Below, one piece after another: positions 19,756-28,874 of a stretch of DNA of 64,000 nucleotides. The notes beneath the pieces are model-generated. The model made no database searches. It worked only from the letters and a program-made list of their open reading frames with translations, and had not been told where the DNA came from. This stretch comes from an uncultured Pseudomonadales bacterium (GTDB lineage Bacteria; Patescibacteriota; Microgenomatia; UBA1400; PJMF01): contig CAYOQI010000003.1 in NCBI GenBank assembly GCA_964406075.1, positions 140,718-204,717 of the forward strand. Direction: 5' to 3'. Both the position numbers and the translations under genes were made by a program. Every line of letters begins with the position of its first letter. The stretch's first letter is position 1.

Positions 19756-20665
19756 GGAAAATTGGTTTCTTGGTGGACGTGACTATGTCCCAAATCGCAT
19801 TTGTATCTACATTTCCTGAAGGTCTGATTTTCATGTAGAGCGAGACAAGTAATGCCGGTATAGTGTAGAAAGGTTGCCAGCGAAAGCACTGAATAAGTCC
19901 TTTGATTTTGTATTTCAACGGAATGATATGTACGGTTTCAGAATTCACTCCTGTTATTTTTTCTAGTTCACTGTCTTTTTTTCCTAACGATCTTTTTAAA
20001 AACTTATTAAAGTCAGTCCAAGTACTAATTGGTTGTTGAAGTATTTCAGCATTTCGTGCATATCGAAAACCTTTGACCTTATCCACTACGAGAAAAAGGT
20101 AGAGATGCGGATCACTTAGATTCGTCGGAATATTTATTGTTTTTGCAAAGGACATTCGGAAAGCAGTTGCAGATGCATAAAAATTATTGGCATTATCATA
20201 ATCAGGCACGCTCCATCGGATGAAATCCCAGAGCACAAAATTGGTGTGAAGAATTTTTCCAATGAAACTTTTTGGTCGAAGTAAGACCTGATGTGCGGCC
20301 ACCATCATTGCTTTAGAATCTTTGAGGATTACTTCTGATAATCGATTTAAGAATTGTACGTTGGCCAATGCGATATCTGCATCCAAAACAACTAAGATAT
20401 CACTTGTACATTCTTTGAACATTTGATTCATTCGAAGATACTTACCTGCTTGTTTTTTGCCGATCTTTAATTTGATGATAGGGTTCTTCTTTTGAAGATT
20501 GCGAACAATCTCATGCGTCCGATCGGTGCTGGCATCAGAGTACACAATGATCTCTTTTAATGTGCAGAGCGTAGATTTTTGTTCAAGTAATGAACCCAAC
20601 ATTTCTCTGATGTTTTGTTCTTCATTAAAAGCTGGAATGGCGACGGTCAGAGTATTTTTTTTCAT
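19742..20665 (-). CDS. Glycosyltransferase family 2
   Basis: N-terminal VAIPAFNEEQNI and a DAD (DxD) motif in VVLDADIAL. Confidence 0.8.
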   Translation of the reverse strand: MKKNTLTVAIPAFNEEQNIREMLGSLLEQKSTLCTLKEIIVYSDASTDRTHEIVRNLQKKNPIIKLKIGKKQAGKYLRMNQMFKECTSDILVVLDADIALANVQFLNRLSEVILKDSKAMMVAAHQVLLRPKSFIGKILHTNFVLWDFIRWSVPDYDNANNFYASATAFRMSFAKTINIPTNLSDPHLYLFLVVDKVKGFRYARNAEILQQPISTWTDFNKFLKRSLGKKDSELEKITGVNSETVHIIPLKYKIKGLIQCFRWQPFYTIPALLVSLYMKIRPSGNVDTNAIWDIVTSTKKPIFHAKK

Positions 20666-20675
20666 AAAAAAAGCC

Positions 20676-21602
20676 TTACAACGAATGGGAAAACTTTGTA
20701 ATTTTGTTTAGATTTCCTTTAAATTGTCCTTTTTCTATTCCTAAAGAAGTTGAGACGAGAAAAGCATATATAACCAAGGCTTTGTATTGTTTTCGAGCAC
20801 TCCGACTGGAAAGTAGATTTTGAATATAATTTGAACTGAGAAAATTTTCACGAAATTCTTTTTCTTGCCACGTTGCTACGGTAACGTTGGCTATTTCCAT
20901 GAGTGGGTTTGTTAGTACTGATAATTGAAAATCAATAATGAAGATCTGTTGATTTTTTAACAGCACATTGTCAGCAAATCCCAAGTCTCGATGAACAAAA
21001 ATTGAATCTTGGTTTTTCAGTAATTCTGGTAAACCAAGATAAAAAGGAATAATCATCTTGATGATACTTTTGAGATTTATTACTCCACTGAGAACAACTT
21101 TCAGTAAGTAATAATGAAATCGTACAAACAATGGAAAAATTCCCAATTTCATAATGTTATGGGGTTCTTTTTTTAGGAATGGACTAAGCAGGTTGAAGTA
21201 CTGAATAACTCTCAACAGAACTTCGGATTTTTTATTTTGTGATTCATAATCTAAAATTGAACCTTCGATGTACTCAGTCAGAAGAAAAGCTTTTGTATCT
21301 GAAAGTTCCTGATGCACCATTTGAGGAATATTTATTTCAGGGAAAGTGGTTGTAATTTCAGTTGAATGCTTTTTATAGACAGATGAAAAACTTTTGTAGA
21401 CAGCGATCTCGTTCACAATCCATGTATAGTTTTGATCTTTATGTTCACCTGTCCAGAGTTTACAAAGATATTTTTTTTTGTTTGAATCTTCGTATAAAGC
21501 AAAGTGATACGCACTTCGTGGTGCCAAATCATGCAACACTTCGACTAACGTGTAGTGAGTAATACTCTTCGGAAATAAATCAGATTTAGTTGATTTTGTC
21601 AT
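20676..21602 (-). CDS. Aminoglycoside/choline-kinase-like phosphotransferase
   Basis: Catalytic loop VHRDLGFADNVLL followed by IIDFQLS, i.e. the HxDxxxxN...D pattern of the APH fold. Confidence 0.55.
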   Translation of the reverse strand: MTKSTKSDLFPKSITHYTLVEVLHDLAPRSAYHFALYEDSNKKKYLCKLWTGEHKDQNYTWIVNEIAVYKSFSSVYKKHSTEITTTFPEINIPQMVHQELSDTKAFLLTEYIEGSILDYESQNKKSEVLLRVIQYFNLLSPFLKKEPHNIMKLGIFPLFVRFHYYLLKVVLSGVINLKSIIKMIIPFYLGLPELLKNQDSIFVHRDLGFADNVLLKNQQIFIIDFQLSVLTNPLMEIANVTVATWQEKEFRENFLSSNYIQNLLSSRSARKQYKALVIYAFLVSTSLGIEKGQFKGNLNKITKFSHSL

Positions 21603-24600
21603 ACGCTTTGGCAGCTGAATTTGAAGCGTTCATGTAGACAGTCTGTTCTTTTTTTTCTTTGACTGATCTGAGGATGATACTTAACAGTAGTTGTCCACTT
21701 TTATTCCAACTAAATTCTTGTGCCCATTCAATAGCACTTTTACTCATTGATTTTCTTAATCGTGAGCTTTTAAACAGTAAATCAATAGCTTCTGCAAATG
21801 CTTTGCTATCGTTTACTTTGACCAATAAACCTGATTTTCCATGAGATACGGAATCTTGTAGGCCTTTTACTTTTGAGGCCACTACTGGTGTTCCAGAAGC
21901 GTTGGCTTCAATCACCGTGATTCCCCATCCTTCAATTGTGGATGGTTGAACAGCAACCCAACTTTTTGCAAAAAGTGTGGCTTTTTCTTTGTCTTCAATA
22001 TTCTGTAAAAATTTGACTGAGTTATTAATTTTCAATTGCTCTGCAAGCTTTTGTAAAGTTCTCAAACTTTCACCTGAACCTGCGATAGTGAATGTCGCTT
22101 TCGGAAAATTTTTCAAAACTAAAGCAAAGGCTTTTAATGCGATATCAATTCTTTTATATGGCTTCAATCGTCCGACATATACTAAAGAAGGTTCCACGGT
22201 TTTTTCTTTCGGGTGAAAAAGTGATTGATTGATACCAGGACTGATGACTTGAATTGAAGACCTCTCACCAAGTCCAAGGTCAAGAATTTCTTGCTTTGAT
22301 GATTCAGAAACCGTAATGATGTTGTGATGTTTATATAAGGAAGTCATCAAATCGCTTTCAATGATTGAAGCGATTTCAGACAGAGGGAATTTTAACTGAG
22401 ATCGAAATATTTCCTGATGCACGTGGTGAATCAACAAAAAGATTGGTTTTTTTACATACAGTGGTGTAAGAAATGGGATACCATTTTCACTGTCGATAAT
22501 GACGTCAAAGGTATTTCTGAATCTTAATACGTAATATAAAAACGCCCAAACGTAGACTGTATAGAATCCACCTCGACGAACTATTTGAATACCATCAATC
22601 ACTTCATTACGTGGATTTCTTCCGTCATTTCCGCAAAATATCGTAACTTTATGCCCTTGTCCAACGAACTCTTTTGCAATCTCATGAATGTACACTTCTG
22701 CTCCACCTGACCAGACATGTTTGATATCTCGCCAGTTGAAAATAAGAATACGATATGAATCTTTTTGTTCTAACGTTCGTGGTTGAAATTTTAATCGCCC
22801 GAATAAGAGATCTCCAAAGTCATAGAAATTTTGGAGGGGAGTTTTCAATTGTTTGTAATATACATGCAGTAACGACAGGATGACTAAGTTCAATGTCCCA
22901 CTAACACACATCGTAATAGTGACTTCAGTTAGCGAGTTATGAAAAAGCATTAATGCTATTACTTGGATGAGTGCAATAAAAAATGGTGCTACTGCGAAGA
23001 GATATTGTTTTTTAGCTAGATGAAATTGGACAATTGCTTGTGACAATGTATAGAGCAAAATACCAAAGCTGTAGAAAGGAAGCAGTGTTCGGACAGCATT
23101 AATCTTCACACCTAAAAATGCAGGTGCAAGTAAAGGCACCGCAAGTCCGAAAACAATAAATGCAATCGTACTTAAAGTTGTCGCCAACACAATTAGTTTT
23201 TTAAATATGTCATCAGATGAAAGCCCTTTGCCTTCTCTAAATGCGGTGATTGGGAGGATAAAACCAGTAATCAAACTGCCTGTAAAAAAGATCATTTTCC
23301 CCAGCAGTCCCATGATTCCATAAAGACCTGTATCTTCCAGACTCAAATAATGAGCAACGATAATGTTATCGAGACTGAAAAAAGCAATGGAAGATAGACT
23401 AGCAACCAACGTGAGTAAGAAGAATGTTTTTGGTAGTCGTAACTCCTTGTGAGGGACTGGGGCAATTTCACCTCTACGTGCAAAGAAATATGAGATAACT
23501 GTGACGCTAATGAATGCAATCGGAATACAGAGATATGCAAGATATTCAACTTGTGAAAAACCAAACAGTAACGCTGAGAGTAAACGAATCAGCGGTTGTG
23601 CGAGGGTGGTAATTGCAATTAGTCCAAAAGAGAGCGAGCCTTTTAAGTACCCTTGATTAATTGCCAACACTGCTCCCACCATCAAAATTGGACTGAAAAA
23701 CAACATTGGAAAAATAGAATCAAAACCGAAAAAATTAGTAGTGAATGGAAGTAAAATGAGCCAGATGATCGTGAGTATCGATGAGAAAAGCAGAAAACGA
23801 TTTTTTTGATACAGCCAAAAATTTCTAGCAGCACTTTGATTTACTTTTCCAAATAGAGTCGCAGCCTGATGATTAATGGTCATCGACAGTGCACCAGTAA
23901 AGATTGAAAAAATACTCAGGATACTCAGATAGGTATTAAAAATAGCAAAGTTAGTTAGATTTAGTGCATGACCGAGGAAAAAGTTTGTCCCCATGTTTAA
24001 AAAATTTGCAAGAATTGTGGCAATCACGAGTAACGTTCCAGTCCGGTACTTGCCCAGCATAATATCTCTAAATATTGTTTTAAAACTTCGCTTACGTTGT
24101 AATGTCTGTCGAAATTGAAAAAATTCTCTAATCTTCGTGAATGAAAAACCGAACAGTTTTGTTTTTTCGACTCGTTGTGTTTGTTCGCGAGCTTCTGTGA
24201 GTACGGCTGCTAATACTTCTTCGGTACCTGCTTCAAGTTCCTCTTTAATTTCTTCTTTCTTTAAATGCAGTCCATGAATAGTTTTTTCCCAGTAATGAGG
24301 TTTTACTATCAACTGATACAGAGCAATGATTGAAGCTACACTTACCATCAGCCAATAAATTGGAATCAAGAAAATCCACTTCATCAGTGCCCAGTGCTCT
24401 CTTTTGGCAACACCAATCATGTAGTAATAAATAAAGAGGAAATTTCCAAACAAGAGTGAAATGACCGCCATGTAGAAAACAATGGCGGGATAGAAGGTTT
24501 CAATGGTAGGTCCGACATACTGATAGAGTGCAAAGTATGAAATCGTCAACAACCACATGATAGGATTGATCAACATGAACGCGATTTTTCCACCGACAAT

Positions 24601-26448
24601 CAGTTGAAATAACAAGGCGTGAAGGCCATTTTTACGGAAAAAATACACAGGATTGCGCATGTGAATAAGGTAGGTTTGCATGTACCCTTTGATCCAGCGT
24701 GAGCGTTGTCTGAGCCAATTTTTCCAGTTACTGTTCGCCTCTTCTAAAGTAACAGAATCAATAATTGCTGTTTTAAATCCACGTTTGAACAGACGCACAC
24801 CCAGATCACAATCTTCTGTCACGTTAAACGGATCCCACCCTTTCAACGTCAGTAAGTCCTTTGTTTTAAAGTGATTACTCGTTCCACCAAGTGGAAGGGT
24901 TGTTTGAATGGTTTGTAATCCTGTTAGAACAACATCAAACCAGAGTGAATACTCAGCCGTGAAAAATCGAGTTAAAAGATTTTGATGAGGATTGTGGTAG
25001 TTCAGTTTAGCTTGTAAACAGACCACATTTTGTGGAACTTGCTGGAATCCCAGATACACTTTCTTTAATTGAAGTGGATCTGGAATATCTTCTGCGTCAT
25101 AAATAACCAAGTACTCCCCTTTTGCATGACTCAGTCCAAAATTACAAGCTTTCGGTTTGGTTTTTGGTTGAGAATCAGGAACGACTAATATTCTGAAATA
25201 CGAAGGTAAATTGAGTTTTTTGGCAACTTCGATTGTTTGTTTATCATCTTCTTCCAGCAACAACATGACATCGAGCTTGTTTTTTGGCCAATCCATTTTC
25301 TCTATCGCTTCTAAGAAATATGGAAGGATATTTGCTTCTTTGTATAAAGGACACATTATTGAATAAATGGGAAGGTCTTTGTCTTGGAGAGCTTGAATAC
25401 TTTCATCATTCGGAGAAATCTCTGGAGGAGAATGTAGACTTCTCATAATAATAAACAAATTAAAAATCACATCAATAAAATAAATGAAGCTGAGAACTGC
25501 GACGACAATTTTTAAGGTAGTGATAGGTCCAAGAATTAGTCCAAGAATCAAAGACATAAATACCATCAGAATGAAGAGTTGCTGGTGATTGGTGAATGTT
25601 TGTGCAGCAGAGAGATGAGGATGAAGTGTAGTATGGGTGATGAAACGCTTGTGGCGTTTGACGATTCCAGCTCCGAGCATTGATGTTGAATCGGGGCCAG
25701 ATACAGATTTTACCTGAGGAGCAAGCTTATACTTAATAGCTTGTCCACCAATTTCTGTTACTGATTGCCAGAGATTAATCTTTGATTGTCCTGATTTTCG
25801 TGGAGAAAAAGTAATTGGAACTTCCCCAATTTCGAAGTTTAAACCTCGAGAGGATTCGAGTAGCGGAATGTCGATTGTCCAACCAGAGACACTGTCTGAA
25901 TCGAGCTGTTCAATAATCTCTCTTCTAAAAACTTTTAATCCCGACTGAACATCACAAGTAAAACCAAACAGCAATCGACCAAAAATAAATTGAAATCCTT
26001 TACTCAGTAATACTCGGACCTTGGAATGATGGGATGAGACTCTTTTTGCTACTGCCATCCCCTTCTCTTTGGCAACTTCGAGTAATGCTGGAAGTGCTTC
26101 AGGAGGATACTCCAAATCTGCATCAATCATTCCGACGAATGGTGCGTTCCCTTGTTTAGCTCCTTGGATAATTGAGTAAGCTTTTCCAAGTCGGCCTTTT
26201 TTTCTGAGAACAGTTAATGGATACTTTTTAGAGAGTTGAAGTAAAACTTCATACGAATTATCGGTGGATTTATCATCAACAGCGATAACTGTATAGATTT
26301 TTTTATCATTCTGAAAAGCAATATCAATTCTCTTCAAAAGAGATGGGAGGGAGGGAGCTTCGTTTCTTACTGGAAGGATGATATCAATGACTGCGGGCAT
26401 ACACGGCAAACATAATTTGTGTATGTGGTCAAAAAAGAGCACAGACAC
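21586..26448 (-). CDS. 1620-aa fusion of a DPM1-like GT2, a processive membrane GT2 synthase, a MOP/Wzx-type flippase-like domain and a GT4
   Basis: aa ~20-240 carry ILPVRNE...DDKSTDNS...DADLEYP. aa ~360-700 carry CPLYKE...YDAEDIP...QRSRWIKG (Q-x-x-RW) with TM helices. aa ~790-1210 hold about 12 TM helices of the polysaccharide-biosynthesis type. aa ~1225-1600 carry GT4 with EGWGITVIEANASGTPVV. It is one uninterrupted ORF. Confidence 0.75.
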   Translation of the reverse strand: MSVLFFDHIHKLCLPCMPAVIDIILPVRNEAPSLPSLLKRIDIAFQNDKKIYTVIAVDDKSTDNSYEVLLQLSKKYPLTVLRKKGRLGKAYSIIQGAKQGNAPFVGMIDADLEYPPEALPALLEVAKEKGMAVAKRVSSHHSKVRVLLSKGFQFIFGRLLFGFTCDVQSGLKVFRREIIEQLDSDSVSGWTIDIPLLESSRGLNFEIGEVPITFSPRKSGQSKINLWQSVTEIGGQAIKYKLAPQVKSVSGPDSTSMLGAGIVKRHKRFITHTTLHPHLSAAQTFTNHQQLFILMVFMSLILGLILGPITTLKIVVAVLSFIYFIDVIFNLFIIMRSLHSPPEISPNDESIQALQDKDLPIYSIMCPLYKEANILPYFLEAIEKMDWPKNKLDVMLLLEEDDKQTIEVAKKLNLPSYFRILVVPDSQPKTKPKACNFGLSHAKGEYLVIYDAEDIPDPLQLKKVYLGFQQVPQNVVCLQAKLNYHNPHQNLLTRFFTAEYSLWFDVVLTGLQTIQTTLPLGGTSNHFKTKDLLTLKGWDPFNVTEDCDLGVRLFKRGFKTAIIDSVTLEEANSNWKNWLRQRSRWIKGYMQTYLIHMRNPVYFFRKNGLHALLFQLIVGGKIAFMLINPIMWLLTISYFALYQYVGPTIETFYPAIVFYMAVISLLFGNFLFIYYYMIGVAKREHWALMKWIFLIPIYWLMVSVASIIALYQLIVKPHYWEKTIHGLHLKKEEIKEELEAGTEEVLAAVLTEAREQTQRVEKTKLFGFSFTKIREFFQFRQTLQRKRSFKTIFRDIMLGKYRTGTLLVIATILANFLNMGTNFFLGHALNLTNFAIFNTYLSILSIFSIFTGALSMTINHQAATLFGKVNQSAARNFWLYQKNRFLLFSSILTIIWLILLPFTTNFFGFDSIFPMLFFSPILMVGAVLAINQGYLKGSLSFGLIAITTLAQPLIRLLSALLFGFSQVEYLAYLCIPIAFISVTVISYFFARRGEIAPVPHKELRLPKTFFLLTLVASLSSIAFFSLDNIIVAHYLSLEDTGLYGIMGLLGKMIFFTGSLITGFILPITAFREGKGLSSDDIFKKLIVLATTLSTIAFIVFGLAVPLLAPAFLGVKINAVRTLLPFYSFGILLYTLSQAIVQFHLAKKQYLFAVAPFFIALIQVIALMLFHNSLTEVTITMCVSGTLNLVILSLLHVYYKQLKTPLQNFYDFGDLLFGRLKFQPRTLEQKDSYRILIFNWRDIKHVWSGGAEVYIHEIAKEFVGQGHKVTIFCGNDGRNPRNEVIDGIQIVRRGGFYTVYVWAFLYYVLRFRNTFDVIIDSENGIPFLTPLYVKKPIFLLIHHVHQEIFRSQLKFPLSEIASIIESDLMTSLYKHHNIITVSESSKQEILDLGLGERSSIQVISPGINQSLFHPKEKTVEPSLVYVGRLKPYKRIDIALKAFALVLKNFPKATFTIAGSGESLRTLQKLAEQLKINNSVKFLQNIEDKEKATLFAKSWVAVQPSTIEGWGITVIEANASGTPVVASKVKGLQDSVSHGKSGLLVKVNDSKAFAEAIDLLFKSSRLRKSMSKSAIEWAQEFSWNKSGQLLLSIILRSVKEKKEQTVYMNASNSAAKAYDKIN

Positions 26449-26541
26449 GGCAAATTCTTGCTACTAATTTAGTATACTAAAGTGTTTTTTAATATCTGGG
26501 AATTATAACTCTCTTTATCCTGTAATCAAGCCCATAATACT

Positions 26542-28632
26542 TCAGTTAGCTGAAGTGGGTTGATCATGTCGATTCAGTGTGTGAAAGAGTGGAACGTAGC
26601 TTTTATCATTAATTAATGAGTCGCTGAAATATTTTGCGAGAGAAATGGCGTGTATATCAGTCCAATTTGCGAATCTAAGAGAGTCTTCACCATGCTGTTG
26701 TACTCCAAAAAGATTCCCAGCACCTCGGTTTTGAAGGTCTAAATCGGCTAATTTCTGGCCATCAGTAATTTTACAAAATTGCGATAAACGGTCATGAGAA
26801 TGTGTTTTGAGGTCCTCTTTGATGGGTAAAATACAGTAACCTTGTTGTCCCGCTCTTCCAACTCTTCCGCGTAACTGATGCAAACTGGCAAGACCAAATC
26901 GATTAGCATTTTCTATAATCATGGCACTCGCCTGAGGAAGGTCTACTCCAACTTCAACAATCGGTGTTGTAACGAGAAAATCTATTTTTTTATCATATAA
27001 ATCAGTGATGATTTTTTGTTTTTCAATATTTTTTTGTCTTCCATGTAGCAGCCCGAATTTTATTCCTTTCAGCATTGGATTTTTTTGTAAATCTTCATAT
27101 GTTTGCGTGGCAGCTGACACATTTTCCAAAGCTTGAGCATGTGAGGGATCGATAAAGGGACAAACGTACAGAGTTAAGAAATTACTTGAATCGTTTGAGC
27201 GATGTTTAATAATTTGATCATGAATCCATTTCCACATTTGTGCATTTTTGTTAGGTGTGACCAATTTTGTTATTGTAGGAATTCGGTTCGCTGGCAATTC
27301 AGTTAATTGAGATAATGATAAATGACCAAAAATACTTAACATCAAACTTCGAGGAATAGGTGTCGCTGTCATTGTCAGAATATGTGGACTGGGATGAAGT
27401 GATTCAGTGATCGCTCGTTGGGCAACACCAAATCGATGCTGTTCATCGAAGACAGTTAATCCGACTGGAATGTGACTTTGTTTTTTTATCTGATTGAGAA
27501 TGGCATGTGTTCCGATAAAAAAACTGGGTTGCGTTTGTTCGACAATACGTTGTTTATTTTTTGTTTGGGCTGTTATTAATTCACATGGAATATTGGGAAA
27601 GTATTTTTGAAGTGATTGAAAGTGTTGTTGAGCAACTAATTGTGTAGGAGCAATCAGACAAGCATGATATCCCGCTTGGCACGTGGCGTTCATTGCTACT
27701 CCAGCAACAATCGTTTTTCCTGAGCCGACATCGCCTAAGAGTAAACGATTCATCGGGATTTTATCTTGAATATCTTTGAGAATTTCTGAAATGACTTTAT
27801 GCTGAGAATTGGTGAGAGGAAATGGAAAGTCTTTAGGTTTGAATTGTTCGAATTCTTCTTCATGATACTTTGGAAAAATTGAGAGTGCGTCTTTTTTTGA
27901 TTGCCATTGTTTTTTGATTTTTTGAGAATGCTGAATTAATTCAATCAACTCCTCCACTGCCATGCGACGAAGTGATTTCTCTACATCACTCAGTTCATCG
28001 GGAAAATGAATTTTTTGAATTGATTCTGAAAATGGCAAAATAACGTCAGGATGTTTTTCCTTCAGAACTTCATACACTTTATCATCTTGTAATGGTTCTA
28101 AATTTTCTAACACATGATGAAGGATACTTCTTAATTTTCGAGGAGCGATACCAGATACTGTTGAATACTGAGGAACGAGCCTACGGGTGTGAATGGGTGC
28201 ATCAGATATCTCTTCGACAGTAGACTGTGTGAGCATGACTTTCTTTTTACTGAGCGTCAGTTTTCCACTGAATAAAAGAGTCTGAGTGGTATGAAGTTTT
28301 TGAAGAATATACTTTTGTCGAAACCACATAGCCGAAAGTTTTTTTCCACTGTCATCATTCAAAGTCGCAGTTTGAATATCTTTCCCACCCCAAAAAAACT
28401 GTGAGGCTTTTTCCACTTTGGCTTGAATCGTGACGAATGTATTTATCGGTGGATTTGCGAGTAACTCAGCAATTGTTAGAATTTTTGTTCGATCTTCGTA
28501 TCGAAGTGGTGTCCAAAGTATTAAATCCATTACACTGAAAATTTCAGCTGCATGAAAGTACTCAGCGGAAGATGGTCCGATCCCTTTTATTGTTGTAATT
28601 GGGTCAGAAAGTGAATACATCGTTACTTTCAT
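26542..28632 (-). CDS. recG: ATP-dependent DNA helicase RecG
   Basis: Wedge/OB N-terminus, Walker A GDVGSGKT, DEQHRFG, the helicase C motifs QLRGRVGR, and a length of 696 aa. Confidence 0.9.
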   Translation of the reverse strand: MKVTMYSLSDPITTIKGIGPSSAEYFHAAEIFSVMDLILWTPLRYEDRTKILTIAELLANPPINTFVTIQAKVEKASQFFWGGKDIQTATLNDDSGKKLSAMWFRQKYILQKLHTTQTLLFSGKLTLSKKKVMLTQSTVEEISDAPIHTRRLVPQYSTVSGIAPRKLRSILHHVLENLEPLQDDKVYEVLKEKHPDVILPFSESIQKIHFPDELSDVEKSLRRMAVEELIELIQHSQKIKKQWQSKKDALSIFPKYHEEEFEQFKPKDFPFPLTNSQHKVISEILKDIQDKIPMNRLLLGDVGSGKTIVAGVAMNATCQAGYHACLIAPTQLVAQQHFQSLQKYFPNIPCELITAQTKNKQRIVEQTQPSFFIGTHAILNQIKKQSHIPVGLTVFDEQHRFGVAQRAITESLHPSPHILTMTATPIPRSLMLSIFGHLSLSQLTELPANRIPTITKLVTPNKNAQMWKWIHDQIIKHRSNDSSNFLTLYVCPFIDPSHAQALENVSAATQTYEDLQKNPMLKGIKFGLLHGRQKNIEKQKIITDLYDKKIDFLVTTPIVEVGVDLPQASAMIIENANRFGLASLHQLRGRVGRAGQQGYCILPIKEDLKTHSHDRLSQFCKITDGQKLADLDLQNRGAGNLFGVQQHGEDSLRFANWTDIHAISLAKYFSDSLINDKSYVPLFHTLNRHDQPTSAN

Positions 28633-28830
28633 TTACAAAAGTGTGGAACTAAAACTTCAGATAAGTAAAAGTAGTCCGGATAAACTACTACCGATCATCC
28701 CAAGAATCATGAGAATTGCAAATATTTGCAGTAGTCTTTGGCGTGTTTTTTTTGACATAGATTGATCCGTCTTAAAATTGTTATGCTAATCCATGTGGTT
28801 CACATGATAATTTAGTTTTATGAAATTCCA

Positions 28831-28874
28831 GATCCTTCGTTTTCAGTGATTACACTTGAGCACTCAGGATGACA
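28831..28874 (-). repeat. Solo copy of a structured ~45-nt repeat (GUCAUCCUGAG-hairpin-CGAAGGAUC) abutting the tyrS stop codon
   Basis: The minus strand reads UAA|UGUCAUCCUGAGUGCUCAAGUGUAAUCACUGAAAACGAAGGAUC. It shares both termini and a covarying central hairpin with the copies at 36080 and 36438. Confidence 0.7.

Noticed and set aside
28633-28760. A 33-codon minus-strand ORF (MSKKTRQRLLQIFAILMILGMIGSSLSGLLLLI) between tyrS and recG.
   Set aside because: It is plausibly a tiny membrane peptide. It is too short and lacks conservation evidence, so it was not reported as a feature.
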